From: an uncultured Olsenella sp.
GTDB taxonomy: Bacteria > Actinomycetota > Coriobacteriia > Coriobacteriales > Atopobiaceae
Direction: 5' to 3'
Length of the DNA stretch: 64,000 nt
NCBI GenBank assembly: GCA_949291295.1
Contig: CASEVE010000006.1
Coordinates: 1,385-65,384, forward strand
The notes under the pieces were generated by a model that was not told the DNA's origin, ran no database searches, and worked only from the letters and a program-made list of their open reading frames with translations. The translations under genes and the position numbers were made by a program. Positions 38,952 through 48,797 of the stretch are shown here, one piece after another (the stretch's first letter is position 1; every line of letters starts with the position of its first letter).

Positions 38952-39302
38952 TTAGTCGCGCTTCTCGCGAATGCGGGCGGCCTTGCCCACGCGATCGCGG
39001 AGGTAGTAGAGCTTGGCGCGACGAATGTCGCCGTGACGGACAACCTCGAGCTTGGCAATCTTGGGGCTGTGCAGCGGGAAGGTGCGCTCGACGCCCACGG
39101 AGAAGCTGATCTTGCGAACGGTGAAGGTCTCGCGAGCACCCTCGCCGCTCATGCGGATCACGTCGCCCTCAAAGACCTGCTCGCGGGTGCGGTCGCCCTC
39201 GACGATGCGATAGTGGACCTTGACGTGGTCGCCAACCTTGACTGCGGGGATGTCCTCGCGAATCTGCTGACGCTCGATGGCGCGGATGTAATCCATGTTC
39301 AT
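38952..39302 (-). CDS. rplS: 50S ribosomal protein L19
   Basis: [46 protein letters not shown]. Confidence 0.99.
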   Translation of the reverse strand: MNMDYIRAIERQQIREDIPAVKVGDHVKVHYRIVEGDRTREQVFEGDVIRMSGEGARETFTVRKISFSVGVERTFPLHSPKIAKLEVVRHGDIRRAKLYYLRDRVGKAARIREKRD

Positions 39303-39368
39303 ACCTCGTTCTTCTCTAGAGGTGCCGACGCACGTGCGAACGACACATAGGTTTACACACAGCGGTTG

Positions 39369-39397
39369 ATTATAGGGCACACCGGGCATTTGGACAA
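39369..39397 (-). promoter_or_regulatory. Sigma-A promoter for rplS
   Basis: TTGTCC-17 nt-TATAAT. Confidence 0.75.
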
Positions 39398-39425
39398 GAA
39401 CCACACAACTTTTGTTGTGGGCGCA

Positions 39426-40379
39426 CTACAGGCACAGGCCCACCGTCACACCCGAGGGCTCGCTCGCAAGCCCCGTGGTGGAGGGGAATCCGGACGCCAT
39501 GACCTGGAAGAAGAAGCTCGCGTCCTCGCCGGTAAAGGAGTAGGGATACGAGGAGCGATACCACCAGGAGGTCTCGGACCCGCCGTACGTGAGCCGCAGC
39601 GTCCCGTTGGGGTCCGACTGGGCGCTCACACCCGCGGCAGAGAAGTACTCGTACTGGCTCCCCTCCGAGGAGAGCAGCTCGTCGTAGGGAACAAAGTTGA
39701 CATAGCCGGTGTAGGCATTGGGCTCGGTTCCATACTCGTCGGTAAACCAGGTGATGGGGCCACAGACCTCAGAGCCCGAGAAGAGCCAGAGAGCGTCTGC
39801 CGTCTCGGTAACCGCTGCGGGGTCGCTGGTGACACCCGTGTTGTTGGTAAGCTTCTTGACAGGAGCAATCGAGCTCGCAAGCTCATCGGGAAGAAGTGCC
39901 ATGCCCTCGGTGGCAAGCCACGAGCGAAGCTCGCTTCCCTCCCAGCCGCCTTCGTTAGTCTGAGCCGAGTTCATGGGCTGAACGGAGATCGGAGAGGCCA
40001 TGAGGGTGAGTCCGGCAAACCCCTCCCCCTCCGCCAGGCGATCGGCGCGGATGCCAACAACCGTAAGAGATGCCTGCCTGCCATCGGTGAGCGTGAGGGG
40101 TCGCGTACTCCCAACGGCAACGTTATAGCTCTCGGCAATCGAGCGAGCCTCGTCCTCAGACGGGGCGTCCGAGATGAGATCGGCAACTTGAGAGAGCTCT
40201 TCCCACGTGTACTCCTCAAAGACCTTGGGACCAAGCTCGGGCGTTTGTTCGGAGACACCGGGAACATCAGGCGTCTGATTGGTGAGAACGAGATACAGCA
40301 GGCCGGCACCAAGTGCCACCACAAGAAGCGACAAAACGACGGCCACCGCCGTAAGACACCCTCCGCCACGTCTAGACAT
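39426..40379 (-). CDS. Membrane-anchored DUF6273-like protein
   Basis: N-terminal TM; YTWEELS, MNSAQTNEGGWEGSELRSWL, LWLFSGSE, WWYRS. Confidence 0.75.
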   Translation of the reverse strand: MSRRGGGCLTAVAVVLSLLVVALGAGLLYLVLTNQTPDVPGVSEQTPELGPKVFEEYTWEELSQVADLISDAPSEDEARSIAESYNVAVGSTRPLTLTDGRQASLTVVGIRADRLAEGEGFAGLTLMASPISVQPMNSAQTNEGGWEGSELRSWLATEGMALLPDELASSIAPVKKLTNNTGVTSDPAAVTETADALWLFSGSEVCGPITWFTDEYGTEPNAYTGYVNFVPYDELLSSEGSQYEYFSAAGVSAQSDPNGTLRLTYGGSETSWWYRSSYPYSFTGEDASFFFQVMASGFPSTTGLASEPSGVTVGLCL

Positions 40380-40463
40380 GAGTCCCTCCCTCTTTGTGCG
40401 AGTGCGGAATCATTCTACACGTACGTTGGCCCCCGTCACCAAGAGTGCATGAGACGTTGAGGC

Positions 40464-41507
40464 CTAGCGGCGCTTCCACGACTGGGGAATCTTGAGGTCC
40501 TCGTAGAGACGGATGGCGTAGCGGTCGGTCATACCGGAGACAAAGTCCGCAACCTGGACATCGGGGTCGTCGTCGTGCACGCGGTACTCCTCGGGAACCT
40601 CATCAAGATGCGACGTGAAGTAATCAAAGAGCTCCTCGAGCATGGCATAGGCCTTGGGCTCCTCCCACTTGGCATCACCATGGGAGTAGAGGTTCTTGAA
40701 GAGGAAGGAGCGCATCTCCATCATCGCTCGCCAGACGGCGTCGGACATTCCGACATCGCCAATCAGCTCGCTTCGAGAAACGGCATCGTGAACCATGGTC
40801 TCGATTCGCTCAGAGGAGCTCTCTCCTAGAACCTCACGAGCACCGGAGGGAAGATCGTCCTCCGAGAGAAGTCCGGCGCGCTCGGCATCGTCGATGTCGT
40901 GGCAGACGTAGGCAATTCTGTCGGCCAGGGCCACGACGCGCCCCTCGAGGGTCGATGCTCTCAAGGAGCCCGTATGATTGCGGATTCCGTCAACAACCTC
41001 ACGAGTCAGGTTGAGTCCGCTGCCGTTTCGCTCGAGAAGGTCGACAATGCGCGCGCCCTGCTCGTTGTGTGCAAAGAGACGTGAGTTCTCGGGTGCCATG
41101 GGGTCAAGTCCGCGATAGCGCGCAAGGGCATGCGAGAGCGCACGCTCCCCCACATGTCCAAAGGGCGTATGACCAAGATCGTGCCCGAGGGCGATGGCCT
41201 CGGTAAGGTCCTCGTTGAGGCCAAGGGGTCGAGCAATGGAGCGAGCGACCTGACCAACCTCAAGCGTGTGCATGAGCCGGGTCCTGTAGTGGTCGCCCTC
41301 AGGAGCGAGAAAGACCTGCGTCTTGTGGGCAAGGCGCCTGAAGCTCTTGCTATGGAGGATTCGGTCTCTATCGCACTGGTAGCAGGTCCTCAGGGGGTCA
41401 GGCTGCTCCGGGACGAGCCTGCCGGCGCTGGAATCAGCGAACGCGGCATCTTCAGAGAGCGTCTCGTGCTCATGCCTCTCAAGATCTTGCCTGCTCACAA
41501 CCCTCAT
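40464..41507 (-). CDS. dgt: Deoxyguanosinetriphosphate triphosphohydrolase (HD family)
   Basis: RTCYQCDRDRILHSKSFRRLAHKTQVF, RTRLMHTLEV, GHDLGHTPFGHVGE, ADRIAYVCHDIDD, DFVSGMTDRYA. Confidence 0.95.
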   Translation of the reverse strand: MRVVSRQDLERHEHETLSEDAAFADSSAGRLVPEQPDPLRTCYQCDRDRILHSKSFRRLAHKTQVFLAPEGDHYRTRLMHTLEVGQVARSIARPLGLNEDLTEAIALGHDLGHTPFGHVGERALSHALARYRGLDPMAPENSRLFAHNEQGARIVDLLERNGSGLNLTREVVDGIRNHTGSLRASTLEGRVVALADRIAYVCHDIDDAERAGLLSEDDLPSGAREVLGESSSERIETMVHDAVSRSELIGDVGMSDAVWRAMMEMRSFLFKNLYSHGDAKWEEPKAYAMLEELFDYFTSHLDEVPEEYRVHDDDPDVQVADFVSGMTDRYAIRLYEDLKIPQSWKRR

Positions 41508-41517
41508 CCAAGCTCCT

Positions 41518-41664
41518 CTGTCATTTGGGGACGTGTTATTTCTCTCAGAAATAATGGGACAGGTCAAGCAAGCAGGCGGTAAGGTCACCCGCAAGCAACA
41601 ACTCACGTGAGAAGAAAACCTGTCCCAAAATCTCTGAGAGAAAAAACACGTCCCCAAATGACAG
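41518..41664. mobile_element. 147-bp non-autonomous inverted-repeat element (MITE/REPIN-like candidate)
   Basis: 47-bp arms 41518-41564 and 41618-41664 match at 43/47 in inverted orientation around a 53-bp core. Confidence 0.6.
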
Positions 41665-41686
41665 GAGGGGGCGCGTGGCCCCCTCC
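41664..41686 (-). terminator. Hairpin after ppdK (terminator candidate, weak U tract)
   Basis: GGAGGGGGC-CACGC-GCCCCCTCC. Confidence 0.6.
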
Positions 41687-41718
41687 CGTTTGAGAAACCT
41701 CAGATGACGCTCAGGTGC

Positions 41719-44478
41719 TTACTTGGCAACCTTCTCAGCGCCGCCGTTGGACTCGATCTTGGCCTGGGCAGCCGCGAGACGCGCGATGGGCACGCGGTAC
41801 GGCGAGCAGGACACGTAGTCAAGGCCAAGGTCGTAGTACATGTGGATGGACTCGGGGTCGCCACCGGTCTCGCCGCAGACGCCGCAGACGATGTCGGGGT
41901 TGCCCTTGTGACCACCCTCGACGCCCATCTGGACGAGCTTGGCAACGCCCTTGTCGAGCGTGGCGAAGGGGTTGGTCTTGACGATCTTCTTGTCGAGGTA
42001 GAGCGGCATGAACGCGGCCTCAACGTCGTCACGGGAGAAGCCGAGACCCATCTGGGTGAGGTCGTTGGTGCCGAAGGAGAAGAAGTCGGCGTGCTTGGCG
42101 ATGTCCTCGGAGGTGATGGCAGCGCGCGGAATCTCGATCATGGTGCCGACCGGGATGTCAAGCTCGACGCCGTACTCCTCGGCGGTAGCCTTGATGTTCT
42201 CCTCGACGACCTCGCGGACGAGGGCGAGCTCCTCCTCGAAGGCCACGAGCGGGATCATGATCTCGGGCTTGGGGTTGAGGCCCTGCTTCTGGAGCTCGGC
42301 GGTGGCGGAGGCGATGGCCTTCACCTGCATGACGTTGAGCTCCGGGTAGACCAGGCCGAGGCGGCAGCCACGAAGGCCGAGCATCGGGTTGGCCTCCTGG
42401 AAGGAGTCGAGCTTGGCGAGAAGGGCCTTCTTCTCGGAGACGTCCTTGCCGGCAGCCTCCTCCTTGGCGATCTCGACGTCGAGGTCGCGCGGATCCTCGA
42501 GGAACTCGTGCAGAGGCGGATCGAGCAGGCGCACGATGACGGGCATGCCGTCCATGGCCTTGAACATCTCGAGGAAGTCGCCCTTCTGGGCAGCGCCGAG
42601 CTTCTCGACGGCGTCAGCCTTGACGGCCTCGTCGTCGGCGAGGATGAAGTTCTGGATGAGCTGCTTGCGCTCACCGAGGAACATGTGCTCGGTGCGGCAC
42701 AGACCGATGCCGGAGGCGCCGTTGTCCTTGGAGAGCTGGGCGTCAGCCGGGTTGTCGGCGTTGGCGCGAACGCCAATCACGCGACCGCGGTCGGCGTTGA
42801 GACGGACCTCGTCGGCCCAGTCGAGGATGGTCTGGAGGTCGCCACCGAGCTCCGGACGGACGAGCTTGACCTCGCCCATGATGACGTCACCAGTGGTGCC
42901 GTCAATGGAGATGACGTCGCCCTCGTGGAGGGTGATGTCGGTGCCGGAGATGGTGCAGACCTTGTTGACAGCGTCGATCTGGAGGGCGTCGACGCCGCAG
43001 ACGCAGGGGGCGCCCATGCCACGGGCGATGACGGCCGCGTGGGAGGTCTTGCCGCCGTGAGAGGTCAGGATGCCCTCAGCGGCAACCATGCCGTGGAGGT
43101 CGTCGGGCGTGGTCTCCCAGCGCACGAGGATGCAGGGCTTGCCGGCCTCGGCATAGGCCTCGGCGTCAGCGGAGGAGAACACGACGGCGCCGACGGCAGC
43201 ACCCGGGGAGGCGTTGAGGCCCTTGGCGATGACCTTGTAGTCGGCCTTGGGGTCAAACTGCGGGTGGAGGAGCTGGTCGAGCTGCTCGGGGGCGACGCGC
43301 ATGACCGCCTCCTCCTTGGAGATGCGGCCCTCCTCGTACATCTGGATGGCAACCTTGAGGGCGGAGAGGGCGGTGCGCTTGCCGACGCGGGTCTGGAGCA
43401 TCCAGAGCTTGCCCTGCTCGATGGTGAACTCGAGGTCCATCATGTCAGCGTAGTGGTCCTCGAGGATCTCGAAGACGTGGAAGAGCTCCTTGCCAGCCTC
43501 CTCGAGACCGGGGACCTTGGGCAGGTCGGCGATGGGCTCGGTGTTGCGGATGCCGGCCACGACGTCCTCGCCCTGAGCGTTGACCAGGAAGTCGCCGTAG
43601 CGCTCGTTGGTGCCGTCGGCGGGGTTGCGCGTGAAGGCGACGCCGGTGGCGGAGGTGTTGCCCTTGTTGCCGAACGCCATGACCTGAACGTTGACGGCGG
43701 TGCCGAGCTCGTCAGGAATCTTGTTCTGCTTGCGGTAGAGGATGGCGCGGTCGGTGTTCCAGGAGCCGAAGACGGCCTGCTCGGCGAGGCGGAGCTGCAC
43801 AAGCGGGTCGTGCGGGAACTCGATCTTGCCGTCAACGAGAACCTCGGGGTACTTCTCGGCGTCGACGTTCTCGGCAAAGATCTGCTTGAACGTGGCAACG
43901 AGGTCCTTGAGGTCATCGGCATCGAGCTCGGTGTCGAGCTTGACGCCCTTCTCGGCCTTCTTGGCGGCGATGGCGTCCTCGAAGAGCTGGCCGGAGACGC
44001 CCATCACGACGTCAGAGAACATCTGAACGAAGCGACGATAGGAGTCATAGGCAAAGCGGGGGTTCTCGGTCTGCTTGATGAGGCCCTGGACGGAGTCATC
44101 GTTGAGGCCGAGGTTGAGGACGGTGTCCATCATGCCCGGCATCGAGAAGGGAGCGCCGGAACGGACGGAGACGAGCAGCGGGTCCTCGGAGTCGCCGAGC
44201 TTCTTGCCCATGCGCTCCTCGAGGTCCTTGCGGTACTCGTCGATCTCGTCGAGAACGCCCTCAGGCCAAACGTTGCCCGCGCTGGAGTAGGCGACGCAGG
44301 TCTGGCAGGTGATCGTGAATCCGGGAGGGACGGGAAGGCCGATGTTGGCCATCTCGGCAAGGTTGGCGCCCTTGCCACCCGTGATCCACTTAGCCTCTGC
44401 AACGGACTCGCCCGCGACCTCGGTCACGTTGTTGCCGTTGGCGTCGAAGCCAAAGCGGTACACATGCTTTTCTGCCAT
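41719..44478 (-). CDS. ppdK: Pyruvate, phosphate dikinase
   Basis: GGKGANLAEM, VSVRSGA, MPGMMDT, GGKTSHAAV (phospho-His), IGLCRTEHM, ANPMLGLRGCR, FSFGTNDLTQ, GVCGE. Confidence 0.98.
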   Translation of the reverse strand: MAEKHVYRFGFDANGNNVTEVAGESVAEAKWITGGKGANLAEMANIGLPVPPGFTITCQTCVAYSSAGNVWPEGVLDEIDEYRKDLEERMGKKLGDSEDPLLVSVRSGAPFSMPGMMDTVLNLGLNDDSVQGLIKQTENPRFAYDSYRRFVQMFSDVVMGVSGQLFEDAIAAKKAEKGVKLDTELDADDLKDLVATFKQIFAENVDAEKYPEVLVDGKIEFPHDPLVQLRLAEQAVFGSWNTDRAILYRKQNKIPDELGTAVNVQVMAFGNKGNTSATGVAFTRNPADGTNERYGDFLVNAQGEDVVAGIRNTEPIADLPKVPGLEEAGKELFHVFEILEDHYADMMDLEFTIEQGKLWMLQTRVGKRTALSALKVAIQMYEEGRISKEEAVMRVAPEQLDQLLHPQFDPKADYKVIAKGLNASPGAAVGAVVFSSADAEAYAEAGKPCILVRWETTPDDLHGMVAAEGILTSHGGKTSHAAVIARGMGAPCVCGVDALQIDAVNKVCTISGTDITLHEGDVISIDGTTGDVIMGEVKLVRPELGGDLQTILDWADEVRLNADRGRVIGVRANADNPADAQLSKDNGASGIGLCRTEHMFLGERKQLIQNFILADDEAVKADAVEKLGAAQKGDFLEMFKAMDGMPVIVRLLDPPLHEFLEDPRDLDVEIAKEEAAGKDVSEKKALLAKLDSFQEANPMLGLRGCRLGLVYPELNVMQVKAIASATAELQKQGLNPKPEIMIPLVAFEEELALVREVVEENIKATAEEYGVELDIPVGTMIEIPRAAITSEDIAKHADFFSFGTNDLTQMGLGFSRDDVEAAFMPLYLDKKIVKTNPFATLDKGVAKLVQMGVEGGHKGNPDIVCGVCGETGGDPESIHMYYDLGLDYVSCSPYRVPIARLAAAQAKIESNGGAEKVAK

Positions 44479-44654
44479 GTTTTCCCCTTGCTTTCTTGTG
44501 TCCTGACGCACCTTGTGGAGCGTCCTTACAACAGGGCCGTACGTGCACAAAACACGCACCGCAGTCATGTTAGCAAGGTGAGAGGGATGTGCAAGCCACA
44601 TTCTGATATTCGGTCAGTGACGGGAGGTAAACGGTGAACGGCTCAAACGCATAA

Positions 44655-44680
44655 GGGGACGCACCCGAAGGCACGTCCCC
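44655..44680 (-). terminator. Hairpin after short PDRP-like gene
   Basis: GGGGACG...CGTCCCC stem followed by TTAT. Confidence 0.55.
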
Positions 44681-44705
44681 CCAGAGGGCGCACTCGTTGC
44701 TTGGC

Positions 44706-45107
44706 CTAGTTCGCGGGGGTCTCGTCCTTGTAGACGGCACCGATCTCACGCGTCGGCTCCTCACCGGTAAGGGTGGAGATGACCGTGACCGCAGGACCGA
44801 GAAGGTCAATCGAGGGGATGCCCCTTCGGTCGAGCTCCCGGCGAATCTCACGCCTCAGGATGCCGTTGGCAAACGTGTGGAAGACGGCACAGGGGCGCTC
44901 GGGGTCGAAGTTCTCGTCAAAGAAGGTGCGAACCGTGTCGACGTCCTTCACGTTGGAGAGGCGCTCGATGTCAACGGAGCTGTCTCCAAACTGGGCGGCA
45001 GCAGCCATGACAACGGTGTTTGCGGTCTCGCCGCGTGCGTCAGAGAGCACGTAGATGAGAGGGACAACGTGACCGAAGATGTCATCATCAAGATCGAGCT
45101 TGTTCAT
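44706..45107 (-). CDS. N-terminal-domain-only PPDK regulatory protein (PDRP/DUF299-like, 133 aa)
   Basis: IYVLSDARGETA...AAAAQF, VFHTF, IDLLGP; immediately upstream of ppdK; no GVSRxxKT P-loop. Confidence 0.8.
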   Translation of the reverse strand: MNKLDLDDDIFGHVVPLIYVLSDARGETANTVVMAAAAQFGDSSVDIERLSNVKDVDTVRTFFDENFDPERPCAVFHTFANGILRREIRRELDRRGIPSIDLLGPAVTVISTLTGEEPTREIGAVYKDETPAN

Positions 45108-45165
45108 CGCGAGTCCTCCTGTACCCCTTTTGGTGAAGCAGGGAAGCCGTTAGCTCCACCCTAGC

Positions 45166-47262
45166 CTATTTCTTACGCGAAAGTGCACTGATGTCTGCGA
45201 CACCCACGAAGACCTCAACGAAGCGGTTGAGCAGACGCAGGCGATTCTCCCTTACCGCAGTATCCTCGTCCATGACAAGTACGTCATCAAAGAATCGGTC
45301 GATGGGCGTCTTGAGTTCGGCAAGTGCGGCAAGGGCGCCCGAGAAGTCCTTCTGCGCGAGCGCGGAGTCCACCTTGACAGACCCGGAGCCACATGCCTCG
45401 AGAAGCGCGCGCTCGGCCTCGCCCAGAAGGCTCTCGTCGACCTCGGTGCCGAGAGAGGCGTCGGTGAGGTGCGCCGCACGGGCATATGCGGTCGCCAGGG
45501 CATCGAAGAGCTCGGGACTCTGGCTACGGGCGTCCTCGAGCGCGTGAGCGCGGGCCATGAACTCGATGGGATCGATGACGCCAACTGAGCTGACCGCCTC
45601 GATCGTGTCGGGGCGCACGCCCTCGTCCTTGGCGATGGCCGAGAGGCGTCCCTGGAAGAACTTGACCACCGAAAGGGAGACTGCCTCGAGGTCGAAGTCA
45701 AGACCCTGAGCGGCGTAGGCGCCAAGGGAGAGCCCGATGAGCTCACGAAGGTTGCAGCCGGGAAGAGTCCTCAGCATGGAGATGATTCCGATGGCGGCAC
45801 GACGCACCGCATAGGGGTCGGAAGAACCGGTGGGGGGCTCGTCGATGGCAAAGATTCCGCAGACGGTGTCGAGCTTGTCCGCAATGGCCACGCAGCGGCC
45901 ACAGACGCCGGAGGGGAGCTCGTCGCCGGCAAAGCGCGGACGATAGTGCTCGCGAATGGCGGCGCAGACCTCCTCGGACTCCCCCGCCGCAGCGGCGTAG
46001 TAGCCGCCCATGACGCCCTGCTGGTTGGTGAACTCGACCACGGCCTGGGAGACGAGGTCGGCCTTGGCGAGGTGAGCGGCGCGCGACGCGGCGGAAACGC
46101 CGTCGTCGTCCTGACCCGCCTGCCGTGCCACCACGGCCGCAAGACCCTCCATGCGCTCCACCTTCTGGAGCATGGTGCCCAGGCGCTCCTGGAAGGTCAC
46201 GGTGCCCAGGCGATCGACGAACTCCTCCATCGGACGCTTGAGGTCCTCGTCGTAGAAGAACTTGGCGTCGTCGAGGCGGGCGCGCACGACCTTCTCGTTT
46301 CCTGCAACGACAGTGGCGCTGACGCGGGGGTCGGCGTTGGAGACAACAACGAACTCACGCGTGAGAGTCCCGGAGGCGTCATAGACCGGGAAGTAGCGCT
46401 GGTTGGAGAGCATCGACTCGCAGATGATCTCGTGCGGAACGGCCAAAAACTCCTCGTCAAAGGTTCCCACGAGCACGGTGGGCCACTCGCAGAGGTTCAC
46501 GACCTCGTCAAAGATGCGCTTGGGCGTGTCAACGTGCGCGCCACCGCGCTCGGCCTCGACCTGAGCGATGCCCGCGCGGATTGCCTCGGCCCTCCTCTCG
46601 GCGGAGAGGACGAAGGCCCCCTCGAGCACGCGCTCATAGTCCGAGGCCTCGGCGACGAGGTGCTCACCGGGTGCGAGCACGCGGTGGCCGCGCGTGACGT
46701 TGGAGCTTACGACGTCCGCGTAGGAGACGGGTACGACCTCGCTGCCCAGAAGCGAGCAGATCCAGCGAATCGGACGAACGAAGGTGGCGTGCGTGGAACC
46801 CCAGCGCTGACTGCGGTAGTTGGGCCACTCGAGCGAGCCGATGACGCGCTCGGACAGAGAGGACAGGATGGGAAGCGCGGGCGCGGAGGGGACGCTGCGC
46901 TCGGCGAAGACGTACTCGCGGCCGTCGGAGTCAACGCGGCGAACGAGCTCGGAGGCATCGATGCCGCACTTGCGAGCAAAGCCCGCCGCAGCCTTGGTCG
47001 GCTCGCCGGACTCGTCGAAGGCGATGCTGGCGGCAGGACCGCGACGCACCTCGTGGACCTCGTCGGTCGCCGTGGCCACGTCGGAGACGAGCGCGGCGAG
47101 GCGACGAGGCGACGAGATGACTCGGACCTCGCCGTGGGGCAGGCCCGCCTCGTCAAGACCCGCGGCAACGAGCTTGCCCAGCTGGCCGGAAGCGTTCATG
47201 AGCGGCGCCGAGGGCATCTCCTCGGTGCCGATCTCGAGCAGGAAGTCCTTGGTATCTGCCAT
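45166..47262 (-). CDS. glyS: Glycine--tRNA ligase beta subunit
   Basis: FLLEIGTEEMP, SPRRLA, RWG...FVRPIRW, NQRYFP, GNEKVVRARLDDA, KADLVS, EHYRPRFAGD, VRENRLRLL. Confidence 0.97.
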   Translation of the reverse strand: MADTKDFLLEIGTEEMPSAPLMNASGQLGKLVAAGLDEAGLPHGEVRVISSPRRLAALVSDVATATDEVHEVRRGPAASIAFDESGEPTKAAAGFARKCGIDASELVRRVDSDGREYVFAERSVPSAPALPILSSLSERVIGSLEWPNYRSQRWGSTHATFVRPIRWICSLLGSEVVPVSYADVVSSNVTRGHRVLAPGEHLVAEASDYERVLEGAFVLSAERRAEAIRAGIAQVEAERGGAHVDTPKRIFDEVVNLCEWPTVLVGTFDEEFLAVPHEIICESMLSNQRYFPVYDASGTLTREFVVVSNADPRVSATVVAGNEKVVRARLDDAKFFYDEDLKRPMEEFVDRLGTVTFQERLGTMLQKVERMEGLAAVVARQAGQDDDGVSAASRAAHLAKADLVSQAVVEFTNQQGVMGGYYAAAAGESEEVCAAIREHYRPRFAGDELPSGVCGRCVAIADKLDTVCGIFAIDEPPTGSSDPYAVRRAAIGIISMLRTLPGCNLRELIGLSLGAYAAQGLDFDLEAVSLSVVKFFQGRLSAIAKDEGVRPDTIEAVSSVGVIDPIEFMARAHALEDARSQSPELFDALATAYARAAHLTDASLGTEVDESLLGEAERALLEACGSGSVKVDSALAQKDFSGALAALAELKTPIDRFFDDVLVMDEDTAVRENRLRLLNRFVEVFVGVADISALSRKK

Positions 47263-48174
47263 CTAGGCCACCTCCCCCTTCTTGGCATCGCCGTCGGTCT
47301 TGCCGGCAACCTCCGCGAGATAGCACTCGCAGCAGAGCTTGGCGATGGTCCTCACGCGAAGAATGTAGTTGGCGCGCTCCGTCGCCGAGATTGCCCCGCG
47401 CGCATCAAGGATGTTGAAGGCATGGGAGCACTTCATCACGCAGTCGTAGGCGGGCAGCGGGAGCTTCCTGTCAAGACAGGCGTGGCACTCGCGCTCGTAG
47501 TCGTCGAACTTCTCGCGCATCATCTCAACGTTTGCCACCTCGAAGTTGTAGGCGGAGAACTCGCGCTCGTTCTCGAGGAACACGTCGCCGTAGGTCATGG
47601 GAGTGCCGTCGGGCAGATAGCTCCACACGAGATCGAAGACGGAGTCGACGCCCTGGATGTACATGGCGATGCGCTCGAGGCCGTAGGTGATCTCAACGGG
47701 CACCGGGTCGACCTCGATGCCACCCACCTGCTGGAAGTAGGTGTACTGGGTGACCTCCATGCCATCCATCCAGACCTCCCAGCCAAGGCCCCAGGCGCCC
47801 AGAGTCGGGCTCTCCCAGTCATCCTCGACGAAGCGGACGTCGTGCTCGTTGGGGTCGAGGCCGATCGCCTTGAGCGAGCCGAGGTAGAGGTCCTGCGAGT
47901 CGGCAGGGCACGGCTTCAGGATGACCTGGAACTGATAGTAGTGCTGCATGCGGTTGGGGTTCTCGCCGTAGCGGCCGTCCGCGGGACGGCGGCAGGGCTG
48001 GGGGTAGCAGGTTCGCCAGGCCCCCGGTCCAAGGGAGCGCAGGGTCGTTGCGGTGTGGAACGTGCCCGCGCCAACCTCGGAGTCGTAGGGCTGCATGATG
48101 GTGCATCCCTGCTCCGCCCAGTAGTGCTCGAGCGCGAGGATCATGTCCTGGAAGGTGAGAACGTTGTCGTTCAT
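47263..48174 (-). CDS. glyQ: Glycine--tRNA ligase alpha subunit
   Basis: [54 protein letters not shown]. Confidence 0.98.
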   Translation of the reverse strand: MNDNVLTFQDMILALEHYWAEQGCTIMQPYDSEVGAGTFHTATTLRSLGPGAWRTCYPQPCRRPADGRYGENPNRMQHYYQFQVILKPCPADSQDLYLGSLKAIGLDPNEHDVRFVEDDWESPTLGAWGLGWEVWMDGMEVTQYTYFQQVGGIEVDPVPVEITYGLERIAMYIQGVDSVFDLVWSYLPDGTPMTYGDVFLENEREFSAYNFEVANVEMMREKFDDYERECHACLDRKLPLPAYDCVMKCSHAFNILDARGAISATERANYILRVRTIAKLCCECYLAEVAGKTDGDAKKGEVA

Positions 48175-48203
48175 GGTCGTCCTTCTCTCGTCTCGCAGGG
48201 ACG

Positions 48204-48797
48204 CTACAGGGCGCCAACGTGCGAGAGCGGCCAATAGATGAAAAGCACCCTCGATGTTACGTCATCGACGGAGACGGGGCCAAAAAAGCGCGAGTCCTTT
48301 GAGTTCGTCCTGTTGTCGCCCATGACCCAGATCGTTCCCTCGGGCACCTCATAGGGATACTCGATGCCCTGGGACCCGTCGAACCCGGAGAGCGACTCGG
48401 TGGGCTTGCCGTCGGTGTAGGGCTCGTCAAGCGGCTCTCCGTCAACATAGAAGCGACCGCCCCTGAGGTCAATCGTCTGACCCCCAACGGCAACAACGCG
48501 CTTCACGAGGGTCTCCCCCTCCTTGAGCGGGCTGTCAAAGGTGACGACGTCACCAGGCTCGGGGTCACTGAAGTTGAGCGACAGCATCTCGCCGAAGATG
48601 AGGTCTCCCTCGTGGATGGTCTCGAGCATCGAGCCGGAGGGGACATAGAAGACGCCGATGACAAAGAAGCGCAGCAGAAGGGCTATGCCCACACCGGCGA
48701 TAAGGCCGCTCACCGGCCAGGGAAGGCCCCTTCGCCGAGGCCGGTACTCGTCCTCACGGCTCGGCGCGGCGTGTCTGGGCTCGTAGTCGTCACTCAT
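48204..48797 (-). CDS. lepB: Signal peptidase I
   Basis: TM segment, VPSGSMLET (Ser), LVKRVVA (Lys), [12 protein letters not shown]. Confidence 0.95.
   Translation of the reverse strand: MSDDYEPRHAAPSREDEYRPRRRGLPWPVSGLIAGVGIALLLRFFVIGVFYVPSGSMLETIHEGDLIFGEMLSLNFSDPEPGDVVTFDSPLKEGETLVKRVVAVGGQTIDLRGGRFYVDGEPLDEPYTDGKPTESLSGFDGSQGIEYPYEVPEGTIWVMGDNRTNSKDSRFFGPVSVDDVTSRVLFIYWPLSHVGAL

Noticed and set aside
39303-39368. L19 leader RNA
   Set aside because: CCGCTGTG is reminiscent, but it sits at the predicted TSS and I could not build the closing stem.
41704-48237. 977-aa and 763-aa plus-strand ORFs
   Set aside because: Antisense shadows of ppdK and glyQS.
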